From: Candidatus Krumholzibacteriia bacterium
GTDB taxonomy: Bacteria; Krumholzibacteriota; Krumholzibacteriia; JAJRXK01
NCBI GenBank assembly: GCA_041484665.1
Contig: JBGPIA010000002.1
Span: forward strand, 448,001 to 512,000
Reading direction: 5' to 3'
DNA: 64,000 bases
This document shows positions 1-10,097 of this stretch, piece after piece. The position numbers were made by a program, and so were the translations under genes. Each line of letters begins with the position of its first letter. Position 1 is the stretch's first letter. Under the pieces are notes generated by a model. It saw only the letters and a program-made list of their open reading frames with translations, was not told where the DNA came from and ran no database searches.

Positions 1-215
1 CCATTGTCGGAGGCGAAGGCGAACGCGCCGAGGTTCCACCACATGGCGGTCATGTCGGTGGAGGCGGCGGTGCCGGCCTCGCCCAGCGCGTTGTAGCGCG
101 CGCCGATGGGAAAGGTGAGCGAGATGCCGCCGGCCTGACTCACGGCGCGGGCCTCGCCCGTCAGCGCTCCTGCCACCGCGGTGGCGAGCAGCGCGATCAC
201 GAACATGCGTCTCAC
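1..215 (-). CDS. porV: PorV/PorQ-family outer-membrane barrel protein (partial, runs off the left edge)
   Basis: Manual translation from GTG at 215 (SD AGGAGG; alternative in-frame ATG at 263) gives MRRMFVIALLATAVAGALTGEARA-VSQAGGISLTFPIGARYNALGEAGTAASTDMTAMWWNLGAF. This is a signal peptide plus the PorV-like N-terminal pattern (GAR..A.GE...A..WN). Lies directly downstream of the porU-like gene. Confidence 0.75.
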   Translation of the reverse strand, partial: MRRMFVIALLATAVAGALTGEARAVSQAGGISLTFPIGARYNALGEAGTAASTDMTAMWWNLGAFAFASDN

Positions 216-329
216 GGTCTTGTCCTCCTGTGTTCCACTCTGAACTTGGCGCTCGTTCTCCATGATGGACTCCGTTGCTTGCGCCGCCGTTTCCGTACGG
301 GCGACGCTCGTGTTCGACCTCCCTGCGCG

Positions 330-3300
330 CTAGCGCATCCGGACCACCCGGCCGCTGCTGGTCAGCGTCGGCTCCGGCGCCGCCGAGGACGTCGCCGCCC
401 TGAGGCTGGCCCGCACCGTGTAGAGGTAAACACCGTTGGCGATCTCGTCCCCCAAAGCGTCGCGTCCGTCCCAGCCGATCACGATCTGCCCGGGCGAGAG
501 GACCTCCTCGCGCAGCGTGCGCACCGGGGTCCCATCCAGGGCAAAGATGCGCAGCTCCACGGTGGTGAGGTCCGTGGCCGGCCCCTCCATCACGAAGCGG
601 GTCGATTCGGCGAAGGGGTTGGGAAAGGGCAGCATGGTGATCTGGGGCTCGCCCCCCACCTGGACCACCGTGAAAGCAAGCGTGGCTGTCCCGACGTTTC
701 CCACCATGTCGCTGGCGCGCAGCGTGGCGGTATGCTTGCCCGCTGTGATGTCCTGCGGCAGCGTGAAGCGCAGGCTGCCCCGGTCGAATCGCCCGTCGTC
801 GAGGGCGAACGCGCTGGTCACGTCGGTGGCGATGTCGCTGCTGTCGATCTCCAGGGTGATGGCGCTGGCCGGCGAGCGGGCCTGCACGTTGATGCCGCTG
901 GGATCGTCCAGCCCGGCGGTCATCACCGCGCCGGGGAGCACCGCCCCGTCCTTGCCCGCATTCTCGAACGCCAGGGTGATGCGCGGACCGGCTGCATCCT
1001 GGCTCTGGCTGGTCACGCGCCGGGCGGGCATCGGCTCCTTCAGCGCCACGACCTGCTCGTTCCCGGACTCGGCCAGCAGGCGCAGCCGCCCGTCGGTGCC
1101 GAACGCCATCGCAGTGGGAACCAGCAGCTCGGCCGTCACCTTGCCGGCCGTGACCGTGCCGGTGCCGTGGAAGATGGCGGCCCCGTCGATGGCGTAGTCG
1201 ATGCGCGCCCCCGGCACCGGACAGCTCGACATGAGGTAGCCGGAATGATCGCGCGCCGCGCGCACCTCCAGGTCGTAACGCCCGGTGAAGTCCGTGCGCG
1301 GCGCGCCGCCCTGCTGCACCTGCGCCTCCACCTGCAGCAGATGCCCCGAATCCAACGTGGCCAAGAGCGAGTCGGTGAGCGCGAGCTGCGCACTGGGCGA
1401 CTCCAGCCGCATGGCCGGATCGCCCAGCAGCACGTACTTTTGCCCGTTGTGCTGGTTGAGGCTGCTGGATCCCGCGGAGGAGATCTTGGCCAAAAGCAGC
1501 GCCAGCCCGACGGGGACGCTGCGCCCCGCGATCGCGCCGGGGAACAAGAGCGGGTAGAACGCGTTGGTGAGCGTCTCGTTGGGGCCGACGTAGGTGACCT
1601 GCGTGGCGGCGATCGTGCCGATGGCGCCGCCGCCGTCGGACAGTACGAGCTTCTCGGACATGCTCTTGACGGCGTTGTCATCGAAGATCGAGACATCGCA
1701 CGAGAAGGCGAGGAACAGCGGGCGGCGCCCGGCGTTGGTGAGCGCTGTTACGTCCTCGATGCGGAACACGGCCTCGTCGGCCATCTGCTCCGGTGAGCCG
1801 TGGCCGATGTAGTGGACGATCAGCTGCCCCTCTGACCACGCGTTGCGCATCGCCGCCCGGGCGGTGGGTTTCGCCCGCGTGCCGGGGACGACCGGGAAGT
1901 TGGTCAAGTAGAGCTTCGACACGTCCAGCTCCTGCGGCAGCAGCGGCGGCCGGACGCCGCGGCCCTCCGCGATGAGCTCTGCCTCGGTGATGTGGTAGTC
2001 CTCGCAGGAGCAGTTGTCGAACGCCAGGCAGACGTCGTCATCGGCCACCATCAGCACGCTGTTGCGCCACGCTCCTGCCGCCGGGGCGGTCTCGTAGGCG
2101 ACGATGCGGTCGACCATCGCGCGCGCCTCGGCCAGGTTGGCCGCCGGCAGCCGTCCGGTCGCAACCTCGGGTAGGTCGATGAACCACTCGAAATTCGTCT
2201 GGGCGGGGGGATGGTCGTCCATGCAGCCCAGCCAGTCGTCGGCGGCGTAGGGCCGGTTCTGCACGTAGCCCTGGAAGAACGAGGACGGCCACAGCGTCTG
2301 GATGAAGGTCGGACAGCGGTCGATCTCCGATCCGGACGGATCGCGCGCCGCGCGGTTGCGGTAGTCCCGGCTGCCGTCGCCCAGGAACGCCGCGTACAGC
2401 AAGCGGCGGGACGGGTCCCCCGGGTCGGGATGCTCGTAGACGAACTTCAGGAAGTTGCGGATCGCCGCCGGCTCCTTCACGCCGTGGCCGAAGTTGTCAT
2501 AGACGTCCTGCAGGTCCACGGCGGTGGCCCGCGGCGTGCTCAGCGCCAGCCCCTGGCGGCCGGAAAGGCTCTGCCGGCGCAGTTGCGCCAGGTCCTCCGC
2601 CGCCGGCATCAGTTCGGCCGGCGCGAGGGCGAGGTAGTCAACCCCGCCCACGGCGGCGATCTCGCTGCGCAGCAGGCGCGGGCGGCGCACCCGCATGCGG
2701 TCGGGGCGCCGCACGGCCCCCGCCACCACCGCCACGAAGTCCCGCCGTTCCAAGGGCGTCAGATCCAGCTCCATCTGCAGCACGGACCCGCCGCTGATCA
2801 CGTCGCCATCGAGCACGCGCTTGGGGCGGTGCGGGTCAGTGGTGTCCAGGACGTAACGTGTGGTGGGCCAGGCCGACACGTTGCCGATCAGGAAACGCGC
2901 GCGCTCGGGCTGCGCGGCCTCGTCCGCGAAGACCACCCACGCCAGCTCGCCCGCGCGCAGGGTGAGGCCTCGCCGGTAGGTCACCGAGAAAAAGTCCATC
3001 TTCAGCTGGGTGGGGTAGAGCGTCGACCCCGGCGGCCCGGCGTAGGCCGTCGTGTTCTTCACCCACAGCGTGTCCAAGCCCTCGTGGGCATGGTAGCCGC
3101 CGAAGTACATGCGGAACGGCGGGTTGCGCAGGAGGCTGTTCTGATCCTCGAGGCTCCACGCTGCCGTCCCCAACGGCCCTGCGCGGGTGTGGTACTGCGC
3201 GCTGAACGGCGGGGTAACGTACCCCCGAGGCGGCGTGGGCGGCTCCGCGAACGGCTCGGTGTAGAGCCAGCCCGTGCTGTCGGGGATCACGGTGTCGGGA

Positions 3301-4610
3301 GCGAAGGCGAAACCGAGCTCCTGGTTGGTCGCGATGCGCGGCTCCCACAGCCAGTTGTCGCGCACCTCGCCAAAGGCCGGCGTGAGGTTGCGCTCCACGT
3401 GCAGCCGCTCGCGGTGCGAGAGCACGTCGCGCGTGGCCGAGCCCACGCTCGAGCCATCCAGCAGCTGCATGCGCAGCGGCGCGGCGGTGAACGTGCCCGG
3501 CGCGCTGCCTTGCACGTCCCAGGTCAGCCAGTACGCCAAGCGGTCAGAGAACTCGTGCTCGAGGTGGTCGCGCAAGCCCGCGGTCGGATCGTAGCGGTCA
3601 CTCCACTCCTCCGGGCCCGGCGCATAGAAGAGCACGCGGTCGCCCGCGTGCAGCAGGGGGCCCGACGCCTCCACCAGCAGTGCGCGCTCCACGAGCTCGT
3701 AGCCGTCGGTCCAGCTGCCGCGTGGGTCCTCGGGCAGCTCCGGCTGGTAGGGCGTGGGCGCTGCGAGCAAACGGAAGCTCGCCGGGTCGATCAGGTCGGC
3801 ATTGCCGGCGAGCAGGTCGAGATCGGCGTACGTCACCGCGTAGACGCCCGTGCGGACCACTTCCACGCGCAGCCAGCGATCGCTGCGGGCGAACGTGTCG
3901 TTGATCGCCGCGGGGGCGGCCGGCGCCGGGGCCCGGCGCTCGCCTTGCTCCTGCACGAAGTGGCGCGCCGCCGCGGGATTGATCACGGCGTCCGCGGGCC
4001 ACTGCGCCGCGGGCTCGCCGGGCGGCGCCCCTGCGGCACCCAGGCCGAGGCGGGTGGCGCGCCCAGCGGACGGCGGGTGGTCGATCTGCACCACCAGCTC
4101 GCGCACGACGAGCGGCACTGCGCCCTGGGGTCGGTGCAGCGCGTGCACGTCCACGTTGACGATCCACACGCCGCGGAAGCGGCGCGGCGGCGAGATGGAG
4201 AATGGCGCGCTGGCCAGCGGCTGGACGCCGGGGCGGCGATCGTCGTCGCTCATGGCGAACGCGGCGCCCCACTCGTCGACGACCTCGGCCGTCGCGGGCT
4301 CGGTCTGCAGGGAGACCGCGCGCGCGGTCACGCCGTGCGCTCCGGGCACGGCCACCGCGAACGACGTGCTCCAATCGGGGATGCTGTCCGCGGGCCAGCT
4401 CGCGCGCACGACGGTACGCAGGTCGCTCTGCTCGAGCACCTGCAGTTGAGCTGGCACGTAGCGCTGCAACGCCTGCGTCACGGCAGGGCCAAGCGCCAGC
4501 AGCGCCAGCGCGAGCAACGCAATGCTTCCCTGCGACCTGGGTTGGGCCGGCACGATCGTTCCTGCTCGCGAGCTCGACAGCGCTGCGCCGGGGGTTCCGG
4601 CGTCAGCCAC
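330..4610 (-). CDS. porU: PorU-like C25 (gingipain-family) cysteine peptidase/sortase with C-terminal FlgD-Ig-like domain
   Basis: 1426 aa with hydrophobic N-terminal signal. C25 motifs: DVYDNF..G...PAAIRNFLK, GDGSRDY, GRLPA, catalytic His in VHYIGHGS, catalytic Cys in AFSCD, YVLLGDP. C-terminus PFPNPFAEST...WDGRDALGDEIANGVYLY. Confidence 0.85.
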   Translation of the reverse strand: MADAGTPGAALSSSRAGTIVPAQPRSQGSIALLALALLALGPAVTQALQRYVPAQLQVLEQSDLRTVVRASWPADSIPDWSTSFAVAVPGAHGVTARAVSLQTEPATAEVVDEWGAAFAMSDDDRRPGVQPLASAPFSISPPRRFRGVWIVNVDVHALHRPQGAVPLVVRELVVQIDHPPSAGRATRLGLGAAGAPPGEPAAQWPADAVINPAAARHFVQEQGERRAPAPAAPAAINDTFARSDRWLRVEVVRTGVYAVTYADLDLLAGNADLIDPASFRLLAAPTPYQPELPEDPRGSWTDGYELVERALLVEASGPLLHAGDRVLFYAPGPEEWSDRYDPTAGLRDHLEHEFSDRLAYWLTWDVQGSAPGTFTAAPLRMQLLDGSSVGSATRDVLSHRERLHVERNLTPAFGEVRDNWLWEPRIATNQELGFAFAPDTVIPDSTGWLYTEPFAEPPTPPRGYVTPPFSAQYHTRAGPLGTAAWSLEDQNSLLRNPPFRMYFGGYHAHEGLDTLWVKNTTAYAGPPGSTLYPTQLKMDFFSVTYRRGLTLRAGELAWVVFADEAAQPERARFLIGNVSAWPTTRYVLDTTDPHRPKRVLDGDVISGGSVLQMELDLTPLERRDFVAVVAGAVRRPDRMRVRRPRLLRSEIAAVGGVDYLALAPAELMPAAEDLAQLRRQSLSGRQGLALSTPRATAVDLQDVYDNFGHGVKEPAAIRNFLKFVYEHPDPGDPSRRLLYAAFLGDGSRDYRNRAARDPSGSEIDRCPTFIQTLWPSSFFQGYVQNRPYAADDWLGCMDDHPPAQTNFEWFIDLPEVATGRLPAANLAEARAMVDRIVAYETAPAAGAWRNSVLMVADDDVCLAFDNCSCEDYHITEAELIAEGRGVRPPLLPQELDVSKLYLTNFPVVPGTRAKPTARAAMRNAWSEGQLIVHYIGHGSPEQMADEAVFRIEDVTALTNAGRRPLFLAFSCDVSIFDDNAVKSMSEKLVLSDGGGAIGTIAATQVTYVGPNETLTNAFYPLLFPGAIAGRSVPVGLALLLAKISSAGSSSLNQHNGQKYVLLGDPAMRLESPSAQLALTDSLLATLDSGHLLQVEAQVQQGGAPRTDFTGRYDLEVRAARDHSGYLMSSCPVPGARIDYAIDGAAIFHGTGTVTAGKVTAELLVPTAMAFGTDGRLRLLAESGNEQVVALKEPMPARRVTSQSQDAAGPRITLAFENAGKDGAVLPGAVMTAGLDDPSGINVQARSPASAITLEIDSSDIATDVTSAFALDDGRFDRGSLRFTLPQDITAGKHTATLRASDMVGNVGTATLAFTVVQVGGEPQITMLPFPNPFAESTRFVMEGPATDLTTVELRIFALDGTPVRTLREEVLSPGQIVIGWDGRDALGDEIANGVYLYTVRASLRAATSSAAPEPTLTSSGRVVRMR

Positions 4611-4619
4611 CAGACCGGA

Positions 4620-4886
4620 TCAAGCTCCCCCCTCGAGCCCTTCCAGCGGAATCCCCTCGCCAATCAGCATGATCGGGATCCCCTCCCGCACGGGGTAGAG
4701 GATGGCACCGTCCTCGCGTACCAGACCCTCAGCGATGGGCTCCGTGACAGGCTGGCCGTCACGGTTGACCACCGCGCCCTCGGCAACGCGGGCGTTGAGC
4801 CGCGCCAGCAGCGCGGCATCCGCCTCCCGCACGGGGGCTTTGGTCTCGGGGCATGCAAGGATCTCGAGCAGCTCTCTGCTGATCAC
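4620..4886 (-). CDS. Trm112-family small protein
   Basis: GTG at 4886 preceded by GAGGAG. Reads ISRELLEILACP...YPVREGIPIML, the characteristic Trm112/YcaR ends. Confidence 0.8.
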   Translation of the reverse strand: MISRELLEILACPETKAPVREADAALLARLNARVAEGAVVNRDGQPVTEPIAEGLVREDGAILYPVREGIPIMLIGEGIPLEGLEGGA

Positions 4887-5160
4887 GGGATCTCCTCGCC
4901 TGATCGGGGCGTTCGAGCGTGGATCTTGAACAACGGTCAAGTGATCACCACCCCGGGGCTTGCGCCACGGGGCCGCGAGAGGAGGGGAGACGAAGGACGG
5001 GTGAGCCCCGCGTGGGGCTCTGCCTCCCCTATATCGTGCGATGGTTGGCAAAGAAGAGGATACCCGCCACGGGGCCTTCCCGTCAACCTCCGGGGCGGGT
5101 GCCCGCCGCGCGTCCCGGCGCACAAGCGGACCGCGGCCGGCGATGGCAGGAAGCCGGGCG

Positions 5161-6135
5161 CTACTCCTGGGTCACCACGCCCATCTTGAGGAACTTCTGC
5201 AGCCGGGCCTCGAGCAAGCGCTCCGGGGGCATCGCTCCCAGCTCGTCGACGGCGGCGACCAGCGTCTCGCGCATGGTGTGGGCCATGGCCTCCGGGTCGC
5301 GGTGGGCTCCCCCCAGCGGCTCGGGGAGCACGCCGTCGACGACGCCCTGGCCGTAGACCTCCTGGGCGGTGATGCGCATGGCACTGGCCGCCTGGGGAGC
5401 CTTGGCGCGGTCCTTCCAGAGGATGGCGGCGCAGCCCTCGGGACTGATCACCGAGTAGATGCTGTTCTCCAGCATGAAGACGCGGTCACCGACGGCCAGC
5501 GCGAGGGCGCCGCCGCTGCCCCCCTCACCCGTGATGAAGACGACGATGGGTACGGGCATCCGCGCCATCTCGCGCAGATTGCGCGCGATCGCCTCGGCCT
5601 GGCCGCGCTCCTCGGCGCCGATCCCGGGATACGCGCCCGCCGTGTCGATGAACGTCACGATGGGTCGGCCGAATCGGGCGGCGAGCTGCATCAGGCGCAG
5701 CGCCTTGCGGTAGCCCTCCGGATGAGGCATGCCGAAGTTGCGATAGAGGTTGCTCTTGGTATCGCGCCCCTTCTGATGGCCGATCACCATGAAGGGTCGG
5801 CCGTCGAGGGTGGCCATCCCCGCCACGATGGACGGGTCGTCGCGGAAGTTGCGATCTCCGTGCAGCTCGATGAACCGCTCGAAGATCAACTGCAGGTAAT
5901 CCAGCGTGTAGGGCCGCCGCGGGTGCCGCGCGAGCTGGACCCGCTGCCACGGGTCGAGCGAGCTGAAGATCTGTTTGCCCAGCTTGCGGACGCGCTGCCG
6001 CAGCTGCTCGATCTCCTCGGAAACGTCCAGGTCGCTGTCGCTGGCCGACTCCTGGAGTGCCCGGATGCGCTCCTCCAGCTCGACGATGGGACGCTCGAAC
6101 TCCAGGAAGTTGCCGTTGCGCCTTGGATCGGCCAC
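5161..6135 (-). CDS. accA: Acetyl-CoA carboxylase carboxyltransferase alpha subunit
   Basis: [58 protein letters not shown]. Confidence 0.97.
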   Translation of the reverse strand: MADPRRNGNFLEFERPIVELEERIRALQESASDSDLDVSEEIEQLRQRVRKLGKQIFSSLDPWQRVQLARHPRRPYTLDYLQLIFERFIELHGDRNFRDDPSIVAGMATLDGRPFMVIGHQKGRDTKSNLYRNFGMPHPEGYRKALRLMQLAARFGRPIVTFIDTAGAYPGIGAEERGQAEAIARNLREMARMPVPIVVFITGEGGSGGALALAVGDRVFMLENSIYSVISPEGCAAILWKDRAKAPQAASAMRITAQEVYGQGVVDGVLPEPLGGAHRDPEAMAHTMRETLVAAVDELGAMPPERLLEARLQKFLKMGVVTQE

Positions 6136-6277
6136 GCGCTGACCTCACGCAGGATTGCTCCCGCGGGCTGTCCCTGGGCGGGAGAACGGACGACGCCAGT
6201 GCCGAACAGGGCTAGCTAAACGCGGTCCCCGGGCGCTGTCAATCGCGCCGGGGATGCCACGCCACGGTGGCCAGCCG

Positions 6278-9200
6278 TCAGCCACCCGCCGCGAACGACG
6301 CCGCGGCGCGGCGGGGACCGGCCCCTCCCGCGGGCCGGAAGAGGGTTTGTGGCCCCCGAACGGACACCCTCACCGCGGCTACACCCAATAAGGATATCAG
6401 TCGAAGGAGAAAATTTGGTGAAGGTCGTACTGACGCTCGGGTCGCGGCCAGCTGGGCCTCGAACGAGCCATCCTTGACGTTGAGCCGCAGTGGGCAGCTC
6501 CCCGCGGACTCCGCGACGGCGCGCAACAAGCTGTCCGTGAGGGTGCAGCCGAGCTTGGCCGGCAGCTCGACGTGCACCTCGGAGATCAGCTCCAGGCAGG
6601 CCTGCTCCACCGTGAGCGCCCGCTCCAGGACCAACTTGAGGTCGTCCCCCTCGCGCACGCTTGTCCGGCCGGCCACGACCAGGATGGCGTCCGGCTGCAG
6701 CAGCGACCGGTGCGCCTCGTATGCCTGGGAGAAGCAGATGAGCTCGCAGGAGCCACGGAAGTCCTCCAGCGTCACGAAGGCCATCAACTGGCCGCCCCGG
6801 CGGGTGGTGACGGCCTTGAGCGCCGTCACCACGCCGCACACGAGCACCGCAGCGTCGTCGCCCAAGGCGAGCAGGTCCTGCGTGCTCACCGGCGCGAGCC
6901 AGTCCATCACCGTGCGGTGTTGGTCGAGCGGATGCCCCGTCAGATAGAAACCGATCAGCTCCTTTTCCTTGGCGAGGCGCTCAGCATCGCTCCAGGGTGG
7001 CACCTCGGGCAGCACGCCGCGGCGGCCTTCTTGCGGCTCCGCCTCGCCGAACAGGCTGCTCTGGCCGCGGCTGCGGTCGCGGAAGCGCCGCTGCGCGCGG
7101 GCCATCGCCAGGTCCAGCGCCGCCAGCTTCTGCTCGCGCCGGCCTGGCAGCGAGTCCAGGGCGCCGCCCAGGATCAGGCTCTCCACGACGCGGCGGTTGA
7201 CGCGGGTGACGTCGACCTCCTCGCAGAACTCGTAGAGGTCGACGAAGCCGCGCCCCAGGCGCTCGCGCGCGTGCACGATGGCCTCGATGGCAGACACCCC
7301 CACGTTCTTCACGGCGCCCAGACCGAAGCGGATCGTCCCTCCCACCACGCGGAAATCCGCCGTGCAGGTGTTCACGTCCGGCGGCAGGATCTCGATGTTG
7401 CGGCTGCGCGCCTCGTCCAGCAGGGTCACCACGCGCGAAGAGCTCTGCATCTCGCTGGTGAGGGTCGCGGCCAGGAACGCCGCAGGGTGGTGCGCCTTGA
7501 GCCAGGCCGTCTGCGCCGAGAGCACAGCATAGCTGGCGCTGTGGCTCTTGTTGAAGCCGTAGCCGGCGAAAAACGCCATCAGGTCGAAGAGCTGCCGTGC
7601 GGTGGAGCGCCCCAGCCCGCGCGCCACGGCGCCGTCGACGAAGCGCGCCGCCATCTCGGCCATCGCCTCGGGCTTCTTCTTGCCCATGGCCTTGCGCAGC
7701 AGGTCGGCCTCCCCCATGGAGAAGCCAGCCAGCTCGCTGGCGATGCGCATCACCTGCTCCTGGTAGAGGATGACGCCGTAGGTCTCCTCCAGGATGGGCG
7801 CCAGACGCGGCTCCAGGTAGGTGATCTCCTTGCGGCCGTGTTTGCGCTCGATGAAGTCGTCCACCATGCCGCTGCCCAGCGGCCCCGGACGGTACAGGGC
7901 GTTGACGGCAGTGATGTCCTCGAAGGTGCTGGGCTTGAGCTTGCGCAGCACCTCCTGCATGCCGCTGGACTCGAGCTGGAACACGCCGACCGTCTCGCCG
8001 CGCGATAGCATGGCGAACACGTCGGGGTCCGACAGCGGGATGTCGCGCGGCGCGAGGCTCTCGCCCCCGCCGTCGCGGATGAACGCCAGCGCCTTGTCGA
8101 TGACGGTCAACGTGCGCAGGCCCAGGAAGTCCATCTTCAGCAGGCCGACCTCCTCGACCATCTTCATATCCCACTGCGTCGTGATCTCGTCCTTGCTGGA
8201 CTTGTAGAGTGGGACGTGGGCGGTGAGGTCGCCGGGGGCGATCAGGATGCCGGCGGCATGGATGGAGGCGTGGCGGCTGAGACCCTCCAGCTCCAACGCG
8301 GTGCGGATCAGGCGGTCGTAGCGCGGATCCTCCTCGCGTACGGCGCGCAGCTCGGCCACGCTCTCCAGCGCCGCGGGGAGCGTGATCCCCAGCTGGTCGG
8401 GCACCAGCTTGGCGATGCGGTCCACCTCGCCGTAGGAAAGCCCCAGCGCGCGGCCTACGTCGCGCAGCACGCCGCGGGCCAGCATGGTGCCGAAGGTGAT
8501 GATCTGGCAGACGGTCTCTTTACCGTACTTGCGGATGACGTACTCGATGATCTCGGCACGGCGCTCGAAGCAGAAGTCGATGTCGATGTCGGGCATGCTG
8601 ACGCGCTGCGGGTTGAGGAAGCGCTCGAACAGGAGACCGTGCGCCAGCGGATCGATGTCGGTGATCCCAAGCGCGTAGCACACCAGCGATCCGGCAGCGC
8701 TGCCGCGCCCCGGCCCCACCGGGATTCCGCGCTCGCGGGCCGCGCGCACGAAGTCGCTCACGATGAGGAAGTAACCGGCGAACCCCGTGGTCTCGATGAC
8801 CTGGAGCTCGTAGCGCAGGCGCTCCTCGATGCGCGCGTCGATCTGCGTGTAGCGCCCGCGCACGCCCTCGGCGGCGAGCTTCGCCAGGTAATCGTCGGGC
8901 CGCTGGAACCCCTCCGGCAGCGGGAAGCGCGGCAGCAGCAGCTTGCCCAGCGGCAGCTCGACGTCGCAGCGCTGGGCGATCTCCAACGTGTTGGCGAGAG
9001 CGTCGGGAAACCCGGCGAACAGCGCCTGCATCTCGGCGGGCGTCTTGAGCCAGTTCTGGTCGCTGTCGTAGCGCCAGCGGGTGGGGTCGTCGACCGTCTT
9101 GGCGGTCTGGATCGCCAGCAGCACGTCGTGGGCCGCGGCCTGCTCCCGCGAGAGGTAGTGGGCGTCATTGGTGGCCACCAGGCGCGCGCCCGCTTCGCGA

Positions 9201-9793
9201 GCGAGGTCCTGCGCCAGGGCACGCACGCGCTCCTCCTTGACCAGCCCGTGGTTCTGGATCTCCAGAAAGTAACCGTCGCGCCCGAAGATCTCCAGGTACT
9301 CGCCCAGCGCCCTGCGCGCGGCGGGCAGGTCGTCCTCCGCAAGCGCGTACGCCACCTCGCCCTGCAGGCAGCTGCCGGTGGCAATCAGGCCCTCGCGGTA
9401 CTGCTGCAGCAGCTTCTTGTCCAGGCGAGGCTTGTAGTAGAACCCCTCCAGATAGGCGATCGACGAGAGCTTGACGAGATTGCGCCAGCCTTGCAGCGTC
9501 TCGGCGAGCAGGATCAGGTGGTGGATGGGGCCGGCCTTGTCGGGAGACTTCTCGCGGTGATCGCGCGCGAGGTAGGCCTCCATCCCCAGGATCGGGCGGA
9601 TGCCTTCCTTGCGGCACGCCTGGTAGAACTCCACGGCACCGAACAGATTGCCGTGGTCGGTGAGCGCGACCGCGGGCATCTGCAGCTGCGCGACACGGCG
9701 CGCGAGGTCGCCAACCTTCATCGCGCCGTCGAGCAGGCTGTAGTCGCTATGGTTGTGAAGGTGGACGAAGCTCTCGTCCGGCTTGGAAATCAT
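6278..9793 (-). CDS. dnaE: DNA polymerase III alpha subunit
   Basis: Start re-chosen at MISKPDESF (9793). FVHLHNHSDYSLLDG PHP motif, GPGRGSAAGS, MPDIDIDF, KMDFLGL, YGFNKSH. Confidence 0.97.
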   Translation of the reverse strand: MISKPDESFVHLHNHSDYSLLDGAMKVGDLARRVAQLQMPAVALTDHGNLFGAVEFYQACRKEGIRPILGMEAYLARDHREKSPDKAGPIHHLILLAETLQGWRNLVKLSSIAYLEGFYYKPRLDKKLLQQYREGLIATGSCLQGEVAYALAEDDLPAARRALGEYLEIFGRDGYFLEIQNHGLVKEERVRALAQDLAREAGARLVATNDAHYLSREQAAAHDVLLAIQTAKTVDDPTRWRYDSDQNWLKTPAEMQALFAGFPDALANTLEIAQRCDVELPLGKLLLPRFPLPEGFQRPDDYLAKLAAEGVRGRYTQIDARIEERLRYELQVIETTGFAGYFLIVSDFVRAARERGIPVGPGRGSAAGSLVCYALGITDIDPLAHGLLFERFLNPQRVSMPDIDIDFCFERRAEIIEYVIRKYGKETVCQIITFGTMLARGVLRDVGRALGLSYGEVDRIAKLVPDQLGITLPAALESVAELRAVREEDPRYDRLIRTALELEGLSRHASIHAAGILIAPGDLTAHVPLYKSSKDEITTQWDMKMVEEVGLLKMDFLGLRTLTVIDKALAFIRDGGGESLAPRDIPLSDPDVFAMLSRGETVGVFQLESSGMQEVLRKLKPSTFEDITAVNALYRPGPLGSGMVDDFIERKHGRKEITYLEPRLAPILEETYGVILYQEQVMRIASELAGFSMGEADLLRKAMGKKKPEAMAEMAARFVDGAVARGLGRSTARQLFDLMAFFAGYGFNKSHSASYAVLSAQTAWLKAHHPAAFLAATLTSEMQSSSRVVTLLDEARSRNIEILPPDVNTCTADFRVVGGTIRFGLGAVKNVGVSAIEAIVHARERLGRGFVDLYEFCEEVDVTRVNRRVVESLILGGALDSLPGRREQKLAALDLAMARAQRRFRDRSRGQSSLFGEAEPQEGRRGVLPEVPPWSDAERLAKEKELIGFYLTGHPLDQHRTVMDWLAPVSTQDLLALGDDAAVLVCGVVTALKAVTTRRGGQLMAFVTLEDFRGSCELICFSQAYEAHRSLLQPDAILVVAGRTSVREGDDLKLVLERALTVEQACLELISEVHVELPAKLGCTLTDSLLRAVAESAGSCPLRLNVKDGSFEAQLAATRASVRPSPNFLLRLISLLGVAAVRVSVRGPQTLFRPAGGAGPRRAAASFAAGG

Positions 9794-9855
9794 GGGGTCC
9801 CGTTGAGGAAGGGCTCCCGCGCGTCGCTCGCGCCGCGGGGCTGCCAGGCGGCGCC

Positions 9856-9884
9856 AGACTACCCAATGGGGGAAGGCGCTACAA
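9856..9884 (-). promoter_or_regulatory. Candidate sigma70-type promoter for dnaE
   Basis: Minus strand TTGTAG-17 bp-TAGTCT, about 60 nt upstream of the dnaE start. Confidence 0.45.
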
Positions 9885-10011
9885 GAGCCCCCGGGCAAGC
9901 GCGATTGTGGGGCGGTTCCAGAGCGTTTTTCGCAACGGCGGCGATCGCTCGACCGGTGCGGCGCCGGCCCCGGGCCCGGGCGGCACCGGCGCGGCCGGAG
10001 CGTGGAGCGCT

Positions 10012-10083
10012 GCGAACACGGCGGACACGGCAGACACGGTGGGCACGACGGTAACGACGGACACAGCGCACGCGGCGCGCGCG
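10012..10083. repeat. Degenerate 9-bp tandem repeat, about 8 units
   Basis: gcgaacacg gcggacacg gcagacacg gtgggcacg acggtaacg acggacaca gcgcacgcg gcgcgcgcg, between the M23 stop and the dnaE promoter. Confidence 0.6.
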
Positions 10084-10097
10084 GCGGTGACCTCGGC

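Noticed and set aside
2211..5189. 992-aa plus-strand ORF opposite porU and trm112
   Set aside because: Arg/Gly/His-rich antisense shadow with no family signal.
6211..6242. TTGACA upstream of accA as a promoter
   Set aside because: Perfect -35 but no convincing -10 at 16-18 bp (TTTAGC, TTAGCT, TAGCTA), so left uncalled.
10012..10083. Repeat tract as a CRISPR array
   Set aside because: Contiguous 9-mers with no unique spacers, and no cas genes in the window.
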